Positions 12,010-25,521 are shown, counted from the whole stretch's first letter. The stretch: DNA of 63,686 nt, filler included, from Hyphochytrium catenoides (GCA_900088475.1; 4 parts of 4 records of this genome joined end to end with filler, not necessarily neighbours in it); one strand, 5' to 3'. Notes: generated by a model not told the origin, from the sequence alone. A program made the numbers and translations.

Positions 12010-14060
12010 TCCTACACGTCGTTGAAAGTCGCTGGAGGTACAGACTTTGTCAAGGTACCAGCCAGCATATCCGTAGTAGGGATACGTATCGCTAACAGAT
12101 CTCCTTCATGCTATAGCGTTCCCGGATGAAGTGGAACTTGATGTCAATGTGCTTTGAGCTTTGCCGCCTTCTACTAACTGTCGAAGGCCATAATACCAGT
12201 TGCTGCGCAGCCATAGCAGCTGCAATAATACTGCGCTTCGGTGGAGGAGACCGAAACTGTGCCCTGCTTACGGCTACTAAGCCAAGAATCGCAGAGCCAT
12301 TTAGGAGGAAAGAAGCGCCAGAAGTAGACATCATTTGCACATCGCTTGCCCACGAAGAGTCGTTAGCTTGATTATTCTAGGCATTGCCCGATGAAGATTC
12401 TTGGAAGACGCTACCATGGCCACTAGTGGCCTATAGGTATCTAAGGACCTGTTTTGCTGCGTCCCAAAGTTCAGTAGAGCACTCTGCTAGACAGCGACTA
12501 AGTAGGTCAACTGTGTAAGCCAAGTCAGGTGGTGCGACGTTCATTAGAAGAGAAGAGAAACCACTAAACTCTGTATGTTCATCAGTGCATCCAGGAGAAA
12601 GAAGTAGGAGAGAAATCCTGGAGACAATGGAAAAGTTTGCAGCCTTGCATAGTTCTATCTTGAATTGCTCAAGAGGGTTAAAGCGGAACCTACTGTGGCA
12701 AATGGTGAGTATTCTCTGGTTCCGATCGCCGAGGATCTCGAGAACCGAGTAGGATCGAGTATTCTCTAGGCAAATAATGTCCAACCGACCGGCAAGGCTG
12801 AGACCCGAAGTCATTTGCGAACTTGATGATGGAGGCAGCCAATAAATGTCATCGAGATGACCAATAGATCACTTGTCCATCCTCTGGACGTCGAGTACAG
12901 AGACAAGGACCTGTCTGCGCTTGGTCAAACCCGTGTTTGGACAGGAATGAATGAAAGACCTGGTTCCATGCTCCGGACGCCTGTGCAGGCGGCCGATGCT
13001 CATCTTTAGCCGGCAGACAAGGGTTTTTGACCTCGGGGCCGCAAAACGAGGTGGCTGACGCGTGTAGGTCTCTTCGCAGAATGCCCTCTGATAGCGCAGG
13101 GATACACCCCAAAAGCAGGAATCGCTGTGGGGAGACTACCTCTCCTATCGCAAAGCACACCAGCATACGCTTGCTGCTCTTCTAGCTGAACGAAGCATCT
13201 AGAGATCTTGTACTATGATGTGCAAATAGTACTCCTCAATGGCATTGTTTTGTCAATCCTTGCGCTACCAGATGGCATTCCTCAATGGCAGAATTGATGA
13301 AGAGATCCATAGATCTACATGCGCCAGCGGAAAAGGTCTTGCGTCCCCTGGTTCAAGAGGGTCTAGGCTGCAGACTGAAGAGTAGCACCTACGGGCTGAA
13401 GCAGAAGTTTAGAGCATGGCAGCTTCTTCATACATTCTTGGAAGACCAAGTTTCATTCATTCCAGCAAGAGCAATATTCTAGAGGACATAGAAAAGAAGA
13501 AGGTAGGACGAGGAAAAAGAACATGAGTATCTTGCCATAGAGAGCCCCGAAGAAAAAGGGTCCTCAGCATTCGCACGTGGGCCTCTTGGATCAGCAGAGA
13601 TGTCAGGAGCTGCCAGAGTCAGAAGATGGATAGATCACGGGGTTTCCTCAGGCATAGTGTCTTTCAAAGAGATATCGAAGGCAGGCAACACTCGCCAAGG
13701 GAGCAATTCTTCCCTCGTCATCGCGCATGGCAACGTCCACGATTAGCGTGGCGATTTACACTGTCTCTCTTGTGAAGCCTGCCTCTATGAACTTCTGAGC
13801 ACATCCCGCTTGATCAGTTAGTTTGATCTTCTCCGGTCCAGCTTTGTCAACCTATATAGCTCTACTTTGGCGCCCGTCTTCATGGAAGGCGCAGGCTCAT
13901 CCAGCGCGGTCTCTGACCTTTGAAGCTTTAGAAAGAACTTCTGACTCTTGTCGAGGATCCTCAAAGTACCACACACTCGCTGTAACTCCAAGACATAAAA
14001 TCAGACCACCCCCAGGACCAAGAAACCTTCCTGAAACCTTGCGCTGTGGTAATTCCCTAG
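12010..14060 (-). mobile_element. Degenerate Ty1/copia LTR retrotransposon (RT, RNase H and weak integrase remnants); part of the RT lies on the + strand
   Basis: Minus strand: 'AWNQVFHSFLSKHGFDQAQTGPCLCTR', 'PDLAYTVDLLSR...WDAAKQVLRYL', 'SKHIDIKFHFIRE' and 'PTTDMLAGTLTKSV'. Plus strand (13080-13450): 'LIAQGYTPKAGI', 'ETTSPIAKHTSIRLLL' and 'CRLKSSTYGLKQ...W'. Many stops and frameshifts. No LTRs identified; the right boundary is weakly supported. Confidence 0.88.
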
Positions 14061-14376
14061 TATTTATACAGAGAAACTCTATAATTTCACGTCGGTTGCT
14101 AGAAATATTGCAGCTCAGGCGGCATGCAGGTGCCGCGGCTGTGATAAAAATGGATACTGTACTGGGCGGTGCTGGAGGATAATCCGGTCCTCATCAGCTG
14201 TTAGAGGCTCCAGCGTCCTCGACATTCGAACGTGGAGACTGGAGATCAACACAGCGAAGGAGAGTGGGAGCAGGTCTCGCCTTCAGCCAACTTCTTTCAG
14301 ACTCTACTTTACTCTCGGAGATCTGTGGCTGTTTCCAAGGAACCTAAGAGACTCCTTTGCGTCAAGTTCGTGAGAC

Positions 14377-17201
14377 ATGTACGGGCAGCCTGCGGGGTAT
14401 GAAGCCCCGCCTGGCAGCTACGGCGGACAGCAGCCACAGGGCTATGACCCGTATTCACAGGGTCAGCAATACGCAGACTATGGCGCTCCGGCAGGAGTTC
14501 CAGGGCAGCCTGCTGGTCCGGTTGGAGCAGCTCCTGGAGCAGGCATATCAGGAGGTTATTCGGATGGGTATGGAGCCGGCATGATGCCCTCTCCATATCC
14601 CACTCCTCCGCTACAGTGGGACTTTCACGCATTAGAAGCTCGAGATGGCGTCAGATTTTCCTGGAATGTCTGGCCGACTACCAGGCTGGAAGAGAAGAGG
14701 ATTGTGGTACCTCTAGGGTGCATGTACACACCTTTGAAGCAGATCGAGGGCATGCCTCCTGCGCTTGAGTATGAGCCAATTCACTGCAAATCCTGCGCCG
14801 CAGTCCTGAACCCGTACGCACTTGTGGACCATGCCTCTAAGTTCTGGACCTGCCCCTTCTGTACCACGCGGAACCACTTCCCCCCACATTACGCGGAGAA
14901 CATTAGTGAGGTCAACCTTCCAGCTGAGCTTATTCCCCAGTATACGACGATAGAGTATGAGGTCCCCCACCGAGCTGCGATGCCTCCCGTCTTTCTCTTT
15001 GTCTTGGACGTGGCCATTAGTGAGGATGAACTTACTGAGCTGAAGGATTCGCTGCAACAGACGCTAAACCTGATCCCTGATAATTCGATTGTGGGACTCA
15101 TTACCTTTGGAGCCCACGCCTCTCTGTACGAGCTAGGCTATGGAGATTTCAATCGTGCCTTCACCTTTAATGGGAAAAAGAACTATACCAAGCAGAACAT
15201 ACAAGAAATCTTAGGCCTAACATCAGGGAATAGAGCTGCGATGGGAGCAGCAGGGCAGGGCTACAATGCAGCATCTCGATACCTTGTTCCCGTCTCAGAG
15301 TGCAGCTTCACTCTCGAGTCCATCATTGAGGGTCTTCATAAAGATCCGTGGCCTATCCCTGCTGGTCAGAGAGCACAAAGATGCACTGGAGTGGCTCTCT
15401 CCGTTGCTGTAGGTCTGCTAGAAGCCACACTTCCTGGCTATGGAGCACGGATCATGACCTTCGTCGGCGGTCCCCCCACCGTAGGTCCAGGGTTGGTAGT
15501 CTCAGTGGACAAGAAGGAGGAACTGCGGTCGCACACAGATCTTCAGAAGGGTAACGCTGTTCACTACGAAGCTGCAGCTAAATATTACACTGAACTGGCA
15601 AATCGCTGCGTCCTTTCCGCACACGTAGTGGACATCTTTGCTTGCTCATTGGATCAGATTGGGCTGTTGGAAATGGGCGCTTGTGCGGAAAAGACGGGCG
15701 GGCTGATGGTGCTGGCTGATCTGTTTAGCCAGTCTGTCTTTAAAGAGAGCTTCAGAAGAGTCTTCACGCGCTTTGCTGAAGATGCTTATCCGTGTGATGC
15801 TGGCCATCTTACGATGGGCTTCGCAGCGCAGACGGAGGTCTTTGTTACCAAGGAATATAAGATCTGTGGTGCCATTGGACCCTGTTCCTCGCTGAACAAG
15901 AAAGGGAGTAACATCGCAGAGACTGAGATCGGCATGTCGGGTACAAATACATGGGTCTTCGGCGGGATTGACCCTTCCTCGACGCTGGCCGTCTACTTTG
16001 AGATAGCAGGTAATAGCCAAAATCCGACACCAGCGCAGACCGGCCGGCCGCGTTATACGCAGTTTGTTACCAAGTACCAGCATTCAAGCGGTAAGTACCG
16101 GGTCCGCGTCACCACGGTCTGCGGCTTCTGGCACGGCGATCCAAGTGATGTGTCAGCGCTTGCGCGAGGGTTTGATCAGGATGCTGCTGCCGTCCTCATG
16201 GCCCGCATTGCAGTTTATAGGGCGAATACCTCAGGGGAGGTCGGGGAAATTATCCGCTGGCTGGACCGTTCCCTCATTCGCCTAGGAGCGCGGTTTGCAG
16301 ACTATCGAAAGGACGATCCATCTTCGTTCCGTTTGTCTCCTGAATTCTCTATTTATCCTCAGTTCATGTTTCATCTCCGTAGATCGCCTTTCCTTCAGGT
16401 CTTTGGTTATAGTCCAGACGAGGTGACCTACTATCGCTCTACCCTCGTGAGAGAGAGCACAACAAACTCTCTTGTGATGATCCAGCCCTCTCTTCTCTCT
16501 TATTCCTTCTCTGGACCTCCGACCCCAGTTTTATTGGATGCCACCAGCGTCAGAAATGACACAATCTTACTCCTGGACACATTTTTCCATGTCGTTGTGT
16601 TCCACGGAGAGACAATCGCAGCCTGGAGGGACCAGAAGTACCAGGACAATCCTGAGCATGAGCACTTCAAGAACTTGCTAGAGGCGCCACAGAACGATGC
16701 ACAGATGATTATGAGTTTTAGGTTCCCGGTGCCAAGGTAAGAAATAGAGTAGAGATCAAAGAGCGTAGGGTAGCAGAAAAGAGAGAAGGAGAGGAGGGAG
16801 CCATGGGCTAGCCTTTCAATCCACGTATATTTTGGACGAGGACCATAGCTATCTTGGGAGAGGAGCACCTCCGCTACGGGCTTCATCTCAGAGTTGTCGA
16901 CGCAAGAGTAACATAGCACAAATTCAAAGATCTAACATAGCACAAACTCAAAGATTTAAGGCGCTCTGCTACGTCTGTCAAGATGTAGTACACTGACCAC
17001 TTCCTGCGTCTCGCTGCCTCTTGTCTTAGGTATATTGAGTGCGACCAGCACAAGTCTCAGGCGCGCTTCTTGATGGCCAAGCTGAATCCCTCAGTGACTC
17101 ATAACACAATGGATGGGCCAGGAGAAGTCATTTTCACGGATGATGTCAGCTTGAAGGTCTTTATGGAACATCTCATGAAGCTTTCGGTACAGTCTAACTA
17201 A
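14377..17201 (+). CDS. SEC23: COPII coat protein Sec23; exons 14377-16736 and 17030-17201
   Basis: '[12 protein letters not shown]', zinc finger 'CKSC...WTCPFC', trunk domain 'PPVFLFVLD', 'FHLRRSPFL' and gelsolin-like domain. Exon 2 reads [21 protein letters not shown]...[23 protein letters not shown]. Confidence 0.97.
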
Positions 17202-17829
17202 AGGATTCTCAAAGAACAGACCTAAACATTAAACAGGATGATGATTGGCATTGATCTGCAGCATTGGAGCCATGTTATGGCTCACTCCTTACCTCACTTG
17301 CCTCCATCGCTTCGTCTCTCTCGAGGGTTGCCTTTTTCTCTCTTCTTTCAAGCCTAACTAGAGGGACAAGTTCCTTGGATGATATTACACCTAGGAAGGA
17401 GAGTCCAACGCGCTCCTTAAAACGCAAGTGTCTTGCTCCACCTGTCTACTATATATCTACTTTCTCTCCCTTGTTGTCGGCGTGTGCTTTTCTCTCTCTC
17501 TTCAGAAAAAGGAGTCGACTCCATGGAAAGGGTATGATTTCATCTCTTTTTATATCTTTGTTCATTGATTATGATTCCAAAGATTAACGTGAGGCGAGCC
17601 CAAGGTGAGGTCCCAGCAAGGAAATGATGACCAGAAGGATCTGCTAGACCGTCTCACAGCCAACCATCGCAATCCTTTTGAACAAGTTTGACGGTCACCT
17701 GACCTTGAAGGCCCGTGCCGATTTGTCCGCCTTCCTCAGTGATCTGGCCACCCCTTGTCTGGCACCGTTCTTATCCAGATAATCAAATTGGCCCTGACGT
17801 GCTCAAGCAAGAGTTCATTCTTCCTCCAC

Positions 17830-20800
17830 CTAATTGTGGCCATGCATTGTGGTCATGAACGCCTTGATCTCCTCTTTCTCTGCTTCTTTTCTTTTCTTGT
17901 CCCACTTGAGCATGGTCCCCATGATTTCTATTACTCTGTCACTCGCAGCTTCGGCAGCTTCCGAGTCCAAGAAAGCAAGTCTTGTTCTCCTTGCCAAAAC
18001 ATCCAGAGCCTTGAGGGCATACTCGTGCTTGACAGAGAAAACAACCTCCTCCTCCAGGAAGGGATACTATGTTCGATTGTAAGAGTGATCAAGAGCCGAG
18101 AGTCACAGAGAGGGTAAGCAAGCAGCAGGTCAGAGAGTTCGTATGGCAAGCATGGAGACAGATGAAGGACAGATCTTCGAAGGAAACAGAGCTCAAGGTG
18201 CATCGACCAAGGAGAAGCGCAAAGAGGGTGATCTAAGTGACCGCACGGCCCTACAGATGAACACTTTTTGAAGACGTCTTTACCTTGGAGAGTAATCGAT
18301 GTGGATGCTCTCCAGCCTTTCTGTTCAGAAAGCCTTTTTTGTTGATCTCCGCAATCTGCAGAGCCCTCGTTCCATAGTTCTTCATCAAGTGGATGGCCAC
18401 ATCCTTGTCGAACCCATATTTCTACGCCGAGAGGGACAGGTCTTAGAGGTCAGGGTTGGGGTGGGAGGAGATTCAAAGAAGTGGAGCTAGAAATGCCAGC
18501 GATAGTGATGAGAATTCAATACGAGGTCATGGCCTTGGAACAGCGTCGAAATAGGTGGACCTGTCCACTTGAAGGACAATATCTTAGAGCTACTCAGATG
18601 CTCAGCGAGAAAATGGAAGAGTAAACTCCAAGGACCAGTCGCAGATTAAATGAAGGCGCATGCCTTAGGGACTGTCCACCACTTAGAGCGAGGATCCACT
18701 GGTCAATAATGTTACCTCTCTCAAAGTGACAGTGATCACGTCAAACTTCTTCATGCAGACCTCGCCTAGCCTGTCGGCGCCGATCATCTTCATTTGCTTC
18801 GTAGCGCTGGGCAGCGCCTTCAAACGTAGAGGAGTCCCTTCTACTTCAACCGCGCGGTCCAGAGTGTCTTGTGCCATTCTAAGCCGAGAAGACAAAGTTT
18901 GAGCTTATCCAGTGCGAAGATCAGTACCTCTACCTCTCTTACCTCCTGAAGGTGGTCCACTTCCCTCCAGCCACGGTCACCAAGCCAGAGTTTGATATCT
19001 CGATAACATGATCACGGGGGAGCTTGCTAGTAGGCTCGCCCAAATGCTTCGGATCTCTTGCCAGCGGCCGCAATCCTGACCAGGCCGAACGAACCTATAA
19101 CAGTAAGAAGAGGTGCAGAGACATGAAGACGACAAGAGCCACAATTAGAGGTCGAACGTACAGGGAAGAGCCCGCATTGAAGAGATAAAAGAAAGAACAG
19201 AGCGAGTCCGAGCTTGTTCACTGAGGCCAACAGTCAAGAATGAAATAAGGACGATGACCTAGTCTACAAACGACTAAGTGATCAGCACACAGGTGGTCCT
19301 AACAGCGAACCTCCCTTTTTGCGGCCCACATTCTCATAGTCTCTCTCTCCCCATCTCCCCTTTTCTTTTCCTCTTTCCTCTATATCTCTCTCTTTCCCAG
19401 TCTTCCTCTCTCTCTCTCCGACCCTCCTTTCCGTCTCGTTATGTCTCTCTTTAACATGCTCCCTACGCCGCTGCTTTAAAGACTGCCAGTTCTGTCCTTT
19501 ACCTGGTCTCTGTGCACCGTCTTGTCGAGATAGCGGTTTGCTTCCTCAATGATGAAGTCTACCTCCTTCTTGGTCGGTGCGGGCTGCATCGTTATCTCGC
19601 TCTCAGAGTCAGTCGTTCCAGCTAACGTCATGCCATGCCAAGGAAGGAAGAACTGTTGACATCCAGAGCGAGCAACACGTTAAGAGCAGCCCAAGAACGA
19701 TAATACAGCCAGAGCCGTAGAAAGTATCTATAATTCCTGATATAAGAGCTAGGCTAACCCACGAAGGGGCGAGTGCGACATAGAGAAGGAAAACCAAAGA
19801 GCGGGCAGAGAAGTAGAGGAGGCAAGGGAGAACGCTAGCGATCAACTAGCCGAGAAGGAGTCATCATGCGGTCACACACCAGAACTCTTCCGTCCTTGGT
19901 CTTTGGTACAATAAGACCCATGTTGTCTGGGCAATAGTGGTCTGGAAGCACCACATGAACTCCTGCGGCGGGCACGATAAGGTTGATCGCGTTCGGGTCG
20001 TCCATCTTCCTGAGAGAATCTATGAAGAGGAGGAGAAACAGTAAGCACCCCTAAGCCAAAGGACTTCCATGTCATCAAAGGACAGAGGAGTGACCAGCGG
20101 AAGTAGGTAAAGCAAGCAGAGCGAATTTATGTATCCATGTGGCAAGATGCGCAGAATATGAAGACAAGCGAAGATCGTCGTTGGGACAGAGAGCACAAAA
20201 GCAATCCACGCACCACTAAAGGGCCCTGTAGCGTTGATGACAACCTCCGCTTCTATATCCCATTCCTCGCCGGTCATGTTATCCTTCACTCGAGCTCCTT
20301 TCAACCTTCCTTCATTGTTCTTTAGTATCTGCACTACTTCCACTCTGTTAGCGACTGCAGCGCCAGCCTGCGCTGCGGTCAATGCAATGGAAATCCCCAT
20401 CCGCGTATCATTCATCTAGGTAGGAAGAGCAAGTCAGGCCACGTTTTGGAACAGATTCGCACAGTCTGTCGAGAACGTAGTAGACGAGCCTGGGTCATGA
20501 AGAGTGGTGCACTGTAGAAAGCCGGGTGCATGAGCAGTCCCTCTCAGGGCTCTCTTTCACTCTTCTATTTTAAGAAGCTGGTGATTCCTACCTGTCCATC
20601 ATAGTAGACGATTGCTCCCTTGAGCTTCTCCTGCTTCAGCATAGGGAACTGGTAGATCGCTTCCGCCGGTGAGATGTAGTGGCTTGCAGGTACGCTGCTC
20701 TTCTGACCAGCTATCAAGTCGTACACTTTCGCTCCAGCCCACATGTAAGGGAGCTGCAGGACCATGCGCACAAAAATGGTAAGACTTAGGAAGCCAAATG

Positions 20801-22058
20801 TGAAGGTAAGACTAGAGAGCCTACAGAATAGGCTCGCAATGAGCGACATTGTTCGAAATTCAACACGAGAAGACCAAAACACGGTAGCAGACGAAAGCAT
20901 CGACTAAGGGTAGGATAGAGAGGAGCCAGAGATGGGTAGCATCAAATGAAAAAAAACAGACTACAGTGATATCTAATCAGCCGATGTGAGAGGCCAGCAG
21001 CATCTCTGTAAGGAAGAGGAGAGAGAATGACTTAGGCTCTAGGGCAAGAAGGAGTAGCACAGACGGAAAGGCCACCTCACCTCCCACCAAGTGTAAATAG
21101 GGATCATGATCGGCAAGGGTCTAAAGAGAGGGCAGGGCGGTTAGTGTTTGAATGACCAGGCCAGTGAGGAGACCGTAAGGGAACGATGTGAGGACAGATT
21201 AGCGGGAGTTGTAGAGTGAGAAAAGAGAGATAAAAAGAGAGGAGAAAGAGGTGAGACCGGAAAGTACTGCGGCTATTGCAGACGACGAGATGGGAAGTTA
21301 GCTTCACTTTATCACTCTCTTCTCTGCCGCTACCTGTTCATGTATGGAGCAGCGTTAAGCATGTAAGATCTTTCCTCTAAGGCCTCATCCACCAGCTTAT
21401 AGGCACCATAGTCCAGCTTCATGAACGCAGTTTCCAAGTATCTGATTCCTGACAGTAAAGAAGACAAACGAAGACTGAGCAGCTATGAAGAGGGACAAGA
21501 AACGGCGGTACCCACACGTGAGACAAGAAGAATCCAGATCAGAAGGATGAGAGGGCAGCGGATGTGCTCCTGCGCATACTCTATAGACGTCTGACTAGAT
21601 AAGGAAAGCCATGGGCGACGAAGTGTCCGCAACGCAATGTCAAGGAGAGAAAGTAAGACGCGGAAAGAAGAAACATTAGGATGCAAAGCGCAGTACGAGT
21701 AGGCGCCAACCTCCATGAATGAGCTTGGTAGAACGTCCAGACGTTCCTGCACAAAAGTCATCTCTCTCTACTAGCGCAGCCTTAAGACCGCGTGAAGCGG
21801 CATCCAGGGCACAGCCTGTCCCAGTAGCTCCACCTCCCACAATGAGGACGTCAAATTTCTCTTTCTTAAGCCTCTCCAGCACGGACGACCTAGATGGAGC
21901 TGAGGCAGAGGAGAGAGTAAGCTAACTAGCGTGAGGTGGCTGGAGATCATTCATTGCCTGACATAGAGAAAGGAGGACTTCTTCCAAAACAACGCAGCTG
22001 TCAGGGTTATAGAGATAAGCAGAAGAATATATCAACTAGATCTGCAAGAAAGCAGAGG

Positions 22059-22109
<51 letters not shown>

Positions 22110-22482
22110 GGAGAGAGAGACAGAAAGAGAAAAGATGGCGGCGCGACGAACGGTCCGAGGAAATGCGGATACGAATAACGATAAGTGAAGGGAAAAGGCA
22201 AATAAGAAAGAGATAGGCGTCTTTAAACGGATAACCTGTCCACGGCTGGATGATGGCTTGGCCTTCCCTGCGGTGCATCGAGGCGAGAGAAGAGAAAGCG
22301 AAAGGTCATAAGGTATTATCTCCGACATCCAAGCTGCTCTTTGCAATTTACCCTAGAATCTGTGGAGCGAGCTCGTCTGGGTGCGCGGCCTTTGCACGAG
22401 CTCTGTCGTTAGCCGAGGCGACGCCAGCGAGTAAGCCGCCTCCAGTGGCGGTCAGTAGCACCGGACGAATTCTGCGATACAT
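17830..22482 (-). CDS. GPD2: Mitochondrial FAD-dependent glycerol-3-phosphate dehydrogenase (GPD2/GUT2/SDP6 type), multi-exon, no C-terminal EF-hands
   Basis: 'FDVLIVGGGATGTGCALDAASRGLKAALVERDDFCAGTSGRSTKLIHGG', 'GAIVYYDGQ|MNDTR', 'VINATGPF' and C-terminal 'YPFLEEEVVFSVKHEYA..ALDVLARRTRLAFLD'. N-terminus MYRRIRPVLL resembles a mitochondrial presequence. Confidence 0.95.
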
Positions 22483-23149
22483 GGCGAAGTGCGGGTGGAA
22501 GCTTTCTCCAAAAGTACGGCTTCCAATGTGATACTGAAGCTACCAACTCAGCTGATGAACACCTGGCAGGCGGGCGAATGTCTCAAAGCTCAGAGTCTCT
22601 TCTTACAGCGCCGATGGGAGGGCGAGGAGAGCAGCAACAATCCATGTCCCCGCAAGAGTTCCAGGAGATTTTGGTGCAGCGTGAAACGATCTCTTTGCCC
22701 AAAATCTGTTGAGGCAACCAACCTCGGCACTTTTGGAGCTTTGCATTTGTGATAGAAACTACTGCGATCAGGAACAATCTAATGTATTCTTTCCAATATT
22801 CTTCAACTTCCTGAAACTATCCTAAAGCCTCAGTTTATACATAGAGAAGCTGCTTCGTCATTTATTTCATTCCGAAGTCTATGAAACTTCCTTTCTGGCG
22901 GTATTCTGATTGCGAATGACTAGCGCTCGAGGCAGAGATTCAATCATTGGGAAGGTCAAAATCTCTGCCGGAGGCTGGAGTGTCACTCTTCAACTTCACC
23001 AGGCAGCAGCGGCACCACCGCCATCAGCAGCGGGGCTAGGAAGCCTCCTAGGCTGCCCTCCACGAGCATTCTCCGGCTAACCCTCAGCTCGCCAACAGTT
23101 ATAGTCAGGGGAGAATAACGACGGAGTAGCTTGACGTGCAGTGAGGCTA

Positions 23150-23900
23150 TAGAGCGTGGTCTGGTTGCTCACTAATCAATGTCAGCACTGTTTCTCCATT
23201 TATGCGCCAGCTGTGACAAGGGCCTGTGAAGCCAGCTTTGGTGGGAGGCCCTAGTTGAGGACCTTTGTAGACATGCATTTAGGGTCGATCAGACTTGCGG
23301 CGATGCTGGGCCTTTCGCGCACAGCGTTAGCTTCTTCCCCCGTCTCTTCTCTAACCCCAAGCATAGCGTCCTTTCCAGCAGTATCTTAGTCTCAAAGCTC
23401 CCAGATGTGCTTTCTCACCATCTCTTAGGGCTCGTTTGACTGTCCGAACGCATCGTTTACCTATCCCGCCCTCCTAACACTATAACTTTTCGCTTCATAA
23501 TTCTACCTATCGGATGCTTGACTGAGGGACAGCAGCGCTACCCTGGAAAGGGAAAGAAGTTGGCTTACCAGGGAGGGCGAGTCCCTCCCAATATAAGCTC
23601 TGGTGCTATGAAATCACTCTGCGTGGCACCTCCTACAATCTCTCGAACTCAAGCCATGGCAGAAGAGCTTCAACTAAGCGCTTAGCGATTCAGACTTAAG
23701 CGAGCACCACTGGCAACCTTCTTTGAGTACACAGCCGGACTAGTTAGATTAGAAGGCAAACTTCTTGTCAATGATTTAGTGGATGGGTTTCCAAAGGAGA
23801 GACGTGAACCGACGATGTGCTCTGGGACGTAAGGATCGCTATCAGCCCCGAAACGTCGTGGTGACACCCAAACCGGGCGGACGGTCACTTCTTCAAGCCT
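23150..23900 (+). mobile_element. Possible highly decayed Ty3/gypsy relic (integrase zinc finger and chromodomain-like remnants)
   Basis: Fragments read across stops and frameshifts: 'LVAH...LWWEALVEDLCRH...C' (HHCC-like), 'SRPPNTITFRF..LPIG' (similar to RPNE.IHFDF) and 'KGET*TDDVLW...PETSW*HP' (chromodomain-like). Short, eye-level matches only. Confidence 0.4.
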
Positions 23901-25370
23901 TGTGGTCGGTGTCGTCCACAACAGCTGCGCAGGGTTTACTACATGCGCATCAGAGCCTTTTTCAAAGGCAACGTTCAAACAGAGGAAGCGCCCTAGAGGA
24001 TAGCGGTATCTAAGGTTTATAGCTAACCCTCGGGCTCGTAAGCGCACCGAAGTCGTTGAAGCTAGTAGGGACAGCTGGAACATCCGGCAACCCCTGCCCC
24101 ACGTCCCGGTCCTTTCTCAGCGTGAGCTGCTATGCATTTTCTTCACTGATTATTGAGTTGCTACGCACGACCGGCGGGTTATACTATTGGCGTCGTGATT
24201 ATAGAAGCAAGACCTGACATGAAGGCGGAGAAACGGTCTCGCCATACCAGCGGCGCCGCTAGTACTGCCTTACTACACAGCGTGTCTTGTTATGCCGTCA
24301 AGAGCAGAGCAGCCAACATCTCCTGCACTACCAGCGCACACTCACTTCCGAGTGATGAGGGGCAGAAAGACGGAGCTTTTTCTCCTTTGCTGCACATTCG
24401 TCTTGCTTGCCTTCCTCGATGAGCAGCAGTCGCTACCCTGCTGCTGCTGCTGCGCCCGCTACATTCTCTACTGCGGCGTCAACGAGGAAGAATTTGACGG
24501 GATGATGGTAATTTTTTAGCTAGAAAGGTGGTGGCATATCATCGCAGATCATTGCCCTATGACCTAGAATCATCAGACCTACTTGGCGATGAGTTATTGA
24601 GTCAGCAAATGGTGATGACTCCTTGCTGCTACTGCACCTTACTAGCTCTACTATCTGTTGATGATGACTCCTTGCTACGGCACCTGAAGTAGCTCCTTTA
24701 TCTGTCACGTCGTCATCATCAAGAACCCAGCAAGTGGTCTGCTGCTCGCTTGCGTTTTCTTGGTGTTGTGTACACCGAAAGATGATGATGGGGCCGCTGA
24801 TGATAGTCAGTCGCTCCTGTCCTACGAGTGCTAATAGAACATCTGAGATAGTACGAAGAATCAACTGCAACGAAGGAGACGACGTAGTAGTAGGACAGCC
24901 TTGCAGAAGACGCTGTCGTGATGCGAAGGTGGTATGACATCGATAGAACAAGTGCGAGACCCAAGCAAGGAAGTGTAGGGCCAACAATGGTGATGAATAA
25001 ATGACGCCAGTGCGCCAGTGAGAATGTAATGACGATCGATGATTGAGCCAAGATGAAGGTGATCGGGGCAGCAGCAGCAGCAGCAGGGATTGAGCTGCCA
25101 TGTGGATGTAGGGCAACTGATGGGCGCCAGCAGCGGCGGCGGGCGGGAAGAAGAAAGGTAAGACTGAGGAGAGCGAGGAGGATGGCAGAAGAAGAATAAA
25201 ACCCTTCAAACCGCATCATTCTGTATCTTATTACTATGACTACTCTCATTTGTCTACTTCTGCTACCCATTGTATAGTTATTACTCCGACCCCCGTCTCA
25301 CTAACAAACACTCGCACACCGCTGAAACAGTACTATTACTACCAAACATGATGGTGCCCCCCCCCCCGAC

Positions 25371-25470
25371 NNNNNNNNNNNNNNNNNNNNNNNNNNNNNN
25401 NNNNNNNNNNNNNNTTAATTAATTAANNNNNNNNNNNNNNNNNNNNNNNNNNNNNNNNNNNNNNNNNNNN
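25371..25470. other. Artificial contig-join spacer N44-TTAATTAATTAA-N44
   Basis: Identical 100-bp construct occurs three times. The 12-mer places stop codons in all six frames. Confidence 0.97.
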
Positions 25471-25521
25471 TTCTTTCTCCCTCTTCTCTCCCTCTTCTCT
25501 CTCTCTCCCTTGTTCTCGCAG

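Noticed and set aside
16909-16956. 24-bp tandem duplication in the Sec23 intron
   Set aside because: Only two copies; ordinary slippage, not a CRISPR-like array.
24520-25270. 229-aa and 183-aa minus-strand ORFs
   Set aside because: No recognisable motifs. The sequence is low-complexity, trinucleotide-rich and degenerate, and lies at a contig end.
25415-25426. TTAATTAATTAA as a regulatory palindrome or piggyBac target site
   Set aside because: It is centred in identical N blocks three times, so it is an assembly spacer.
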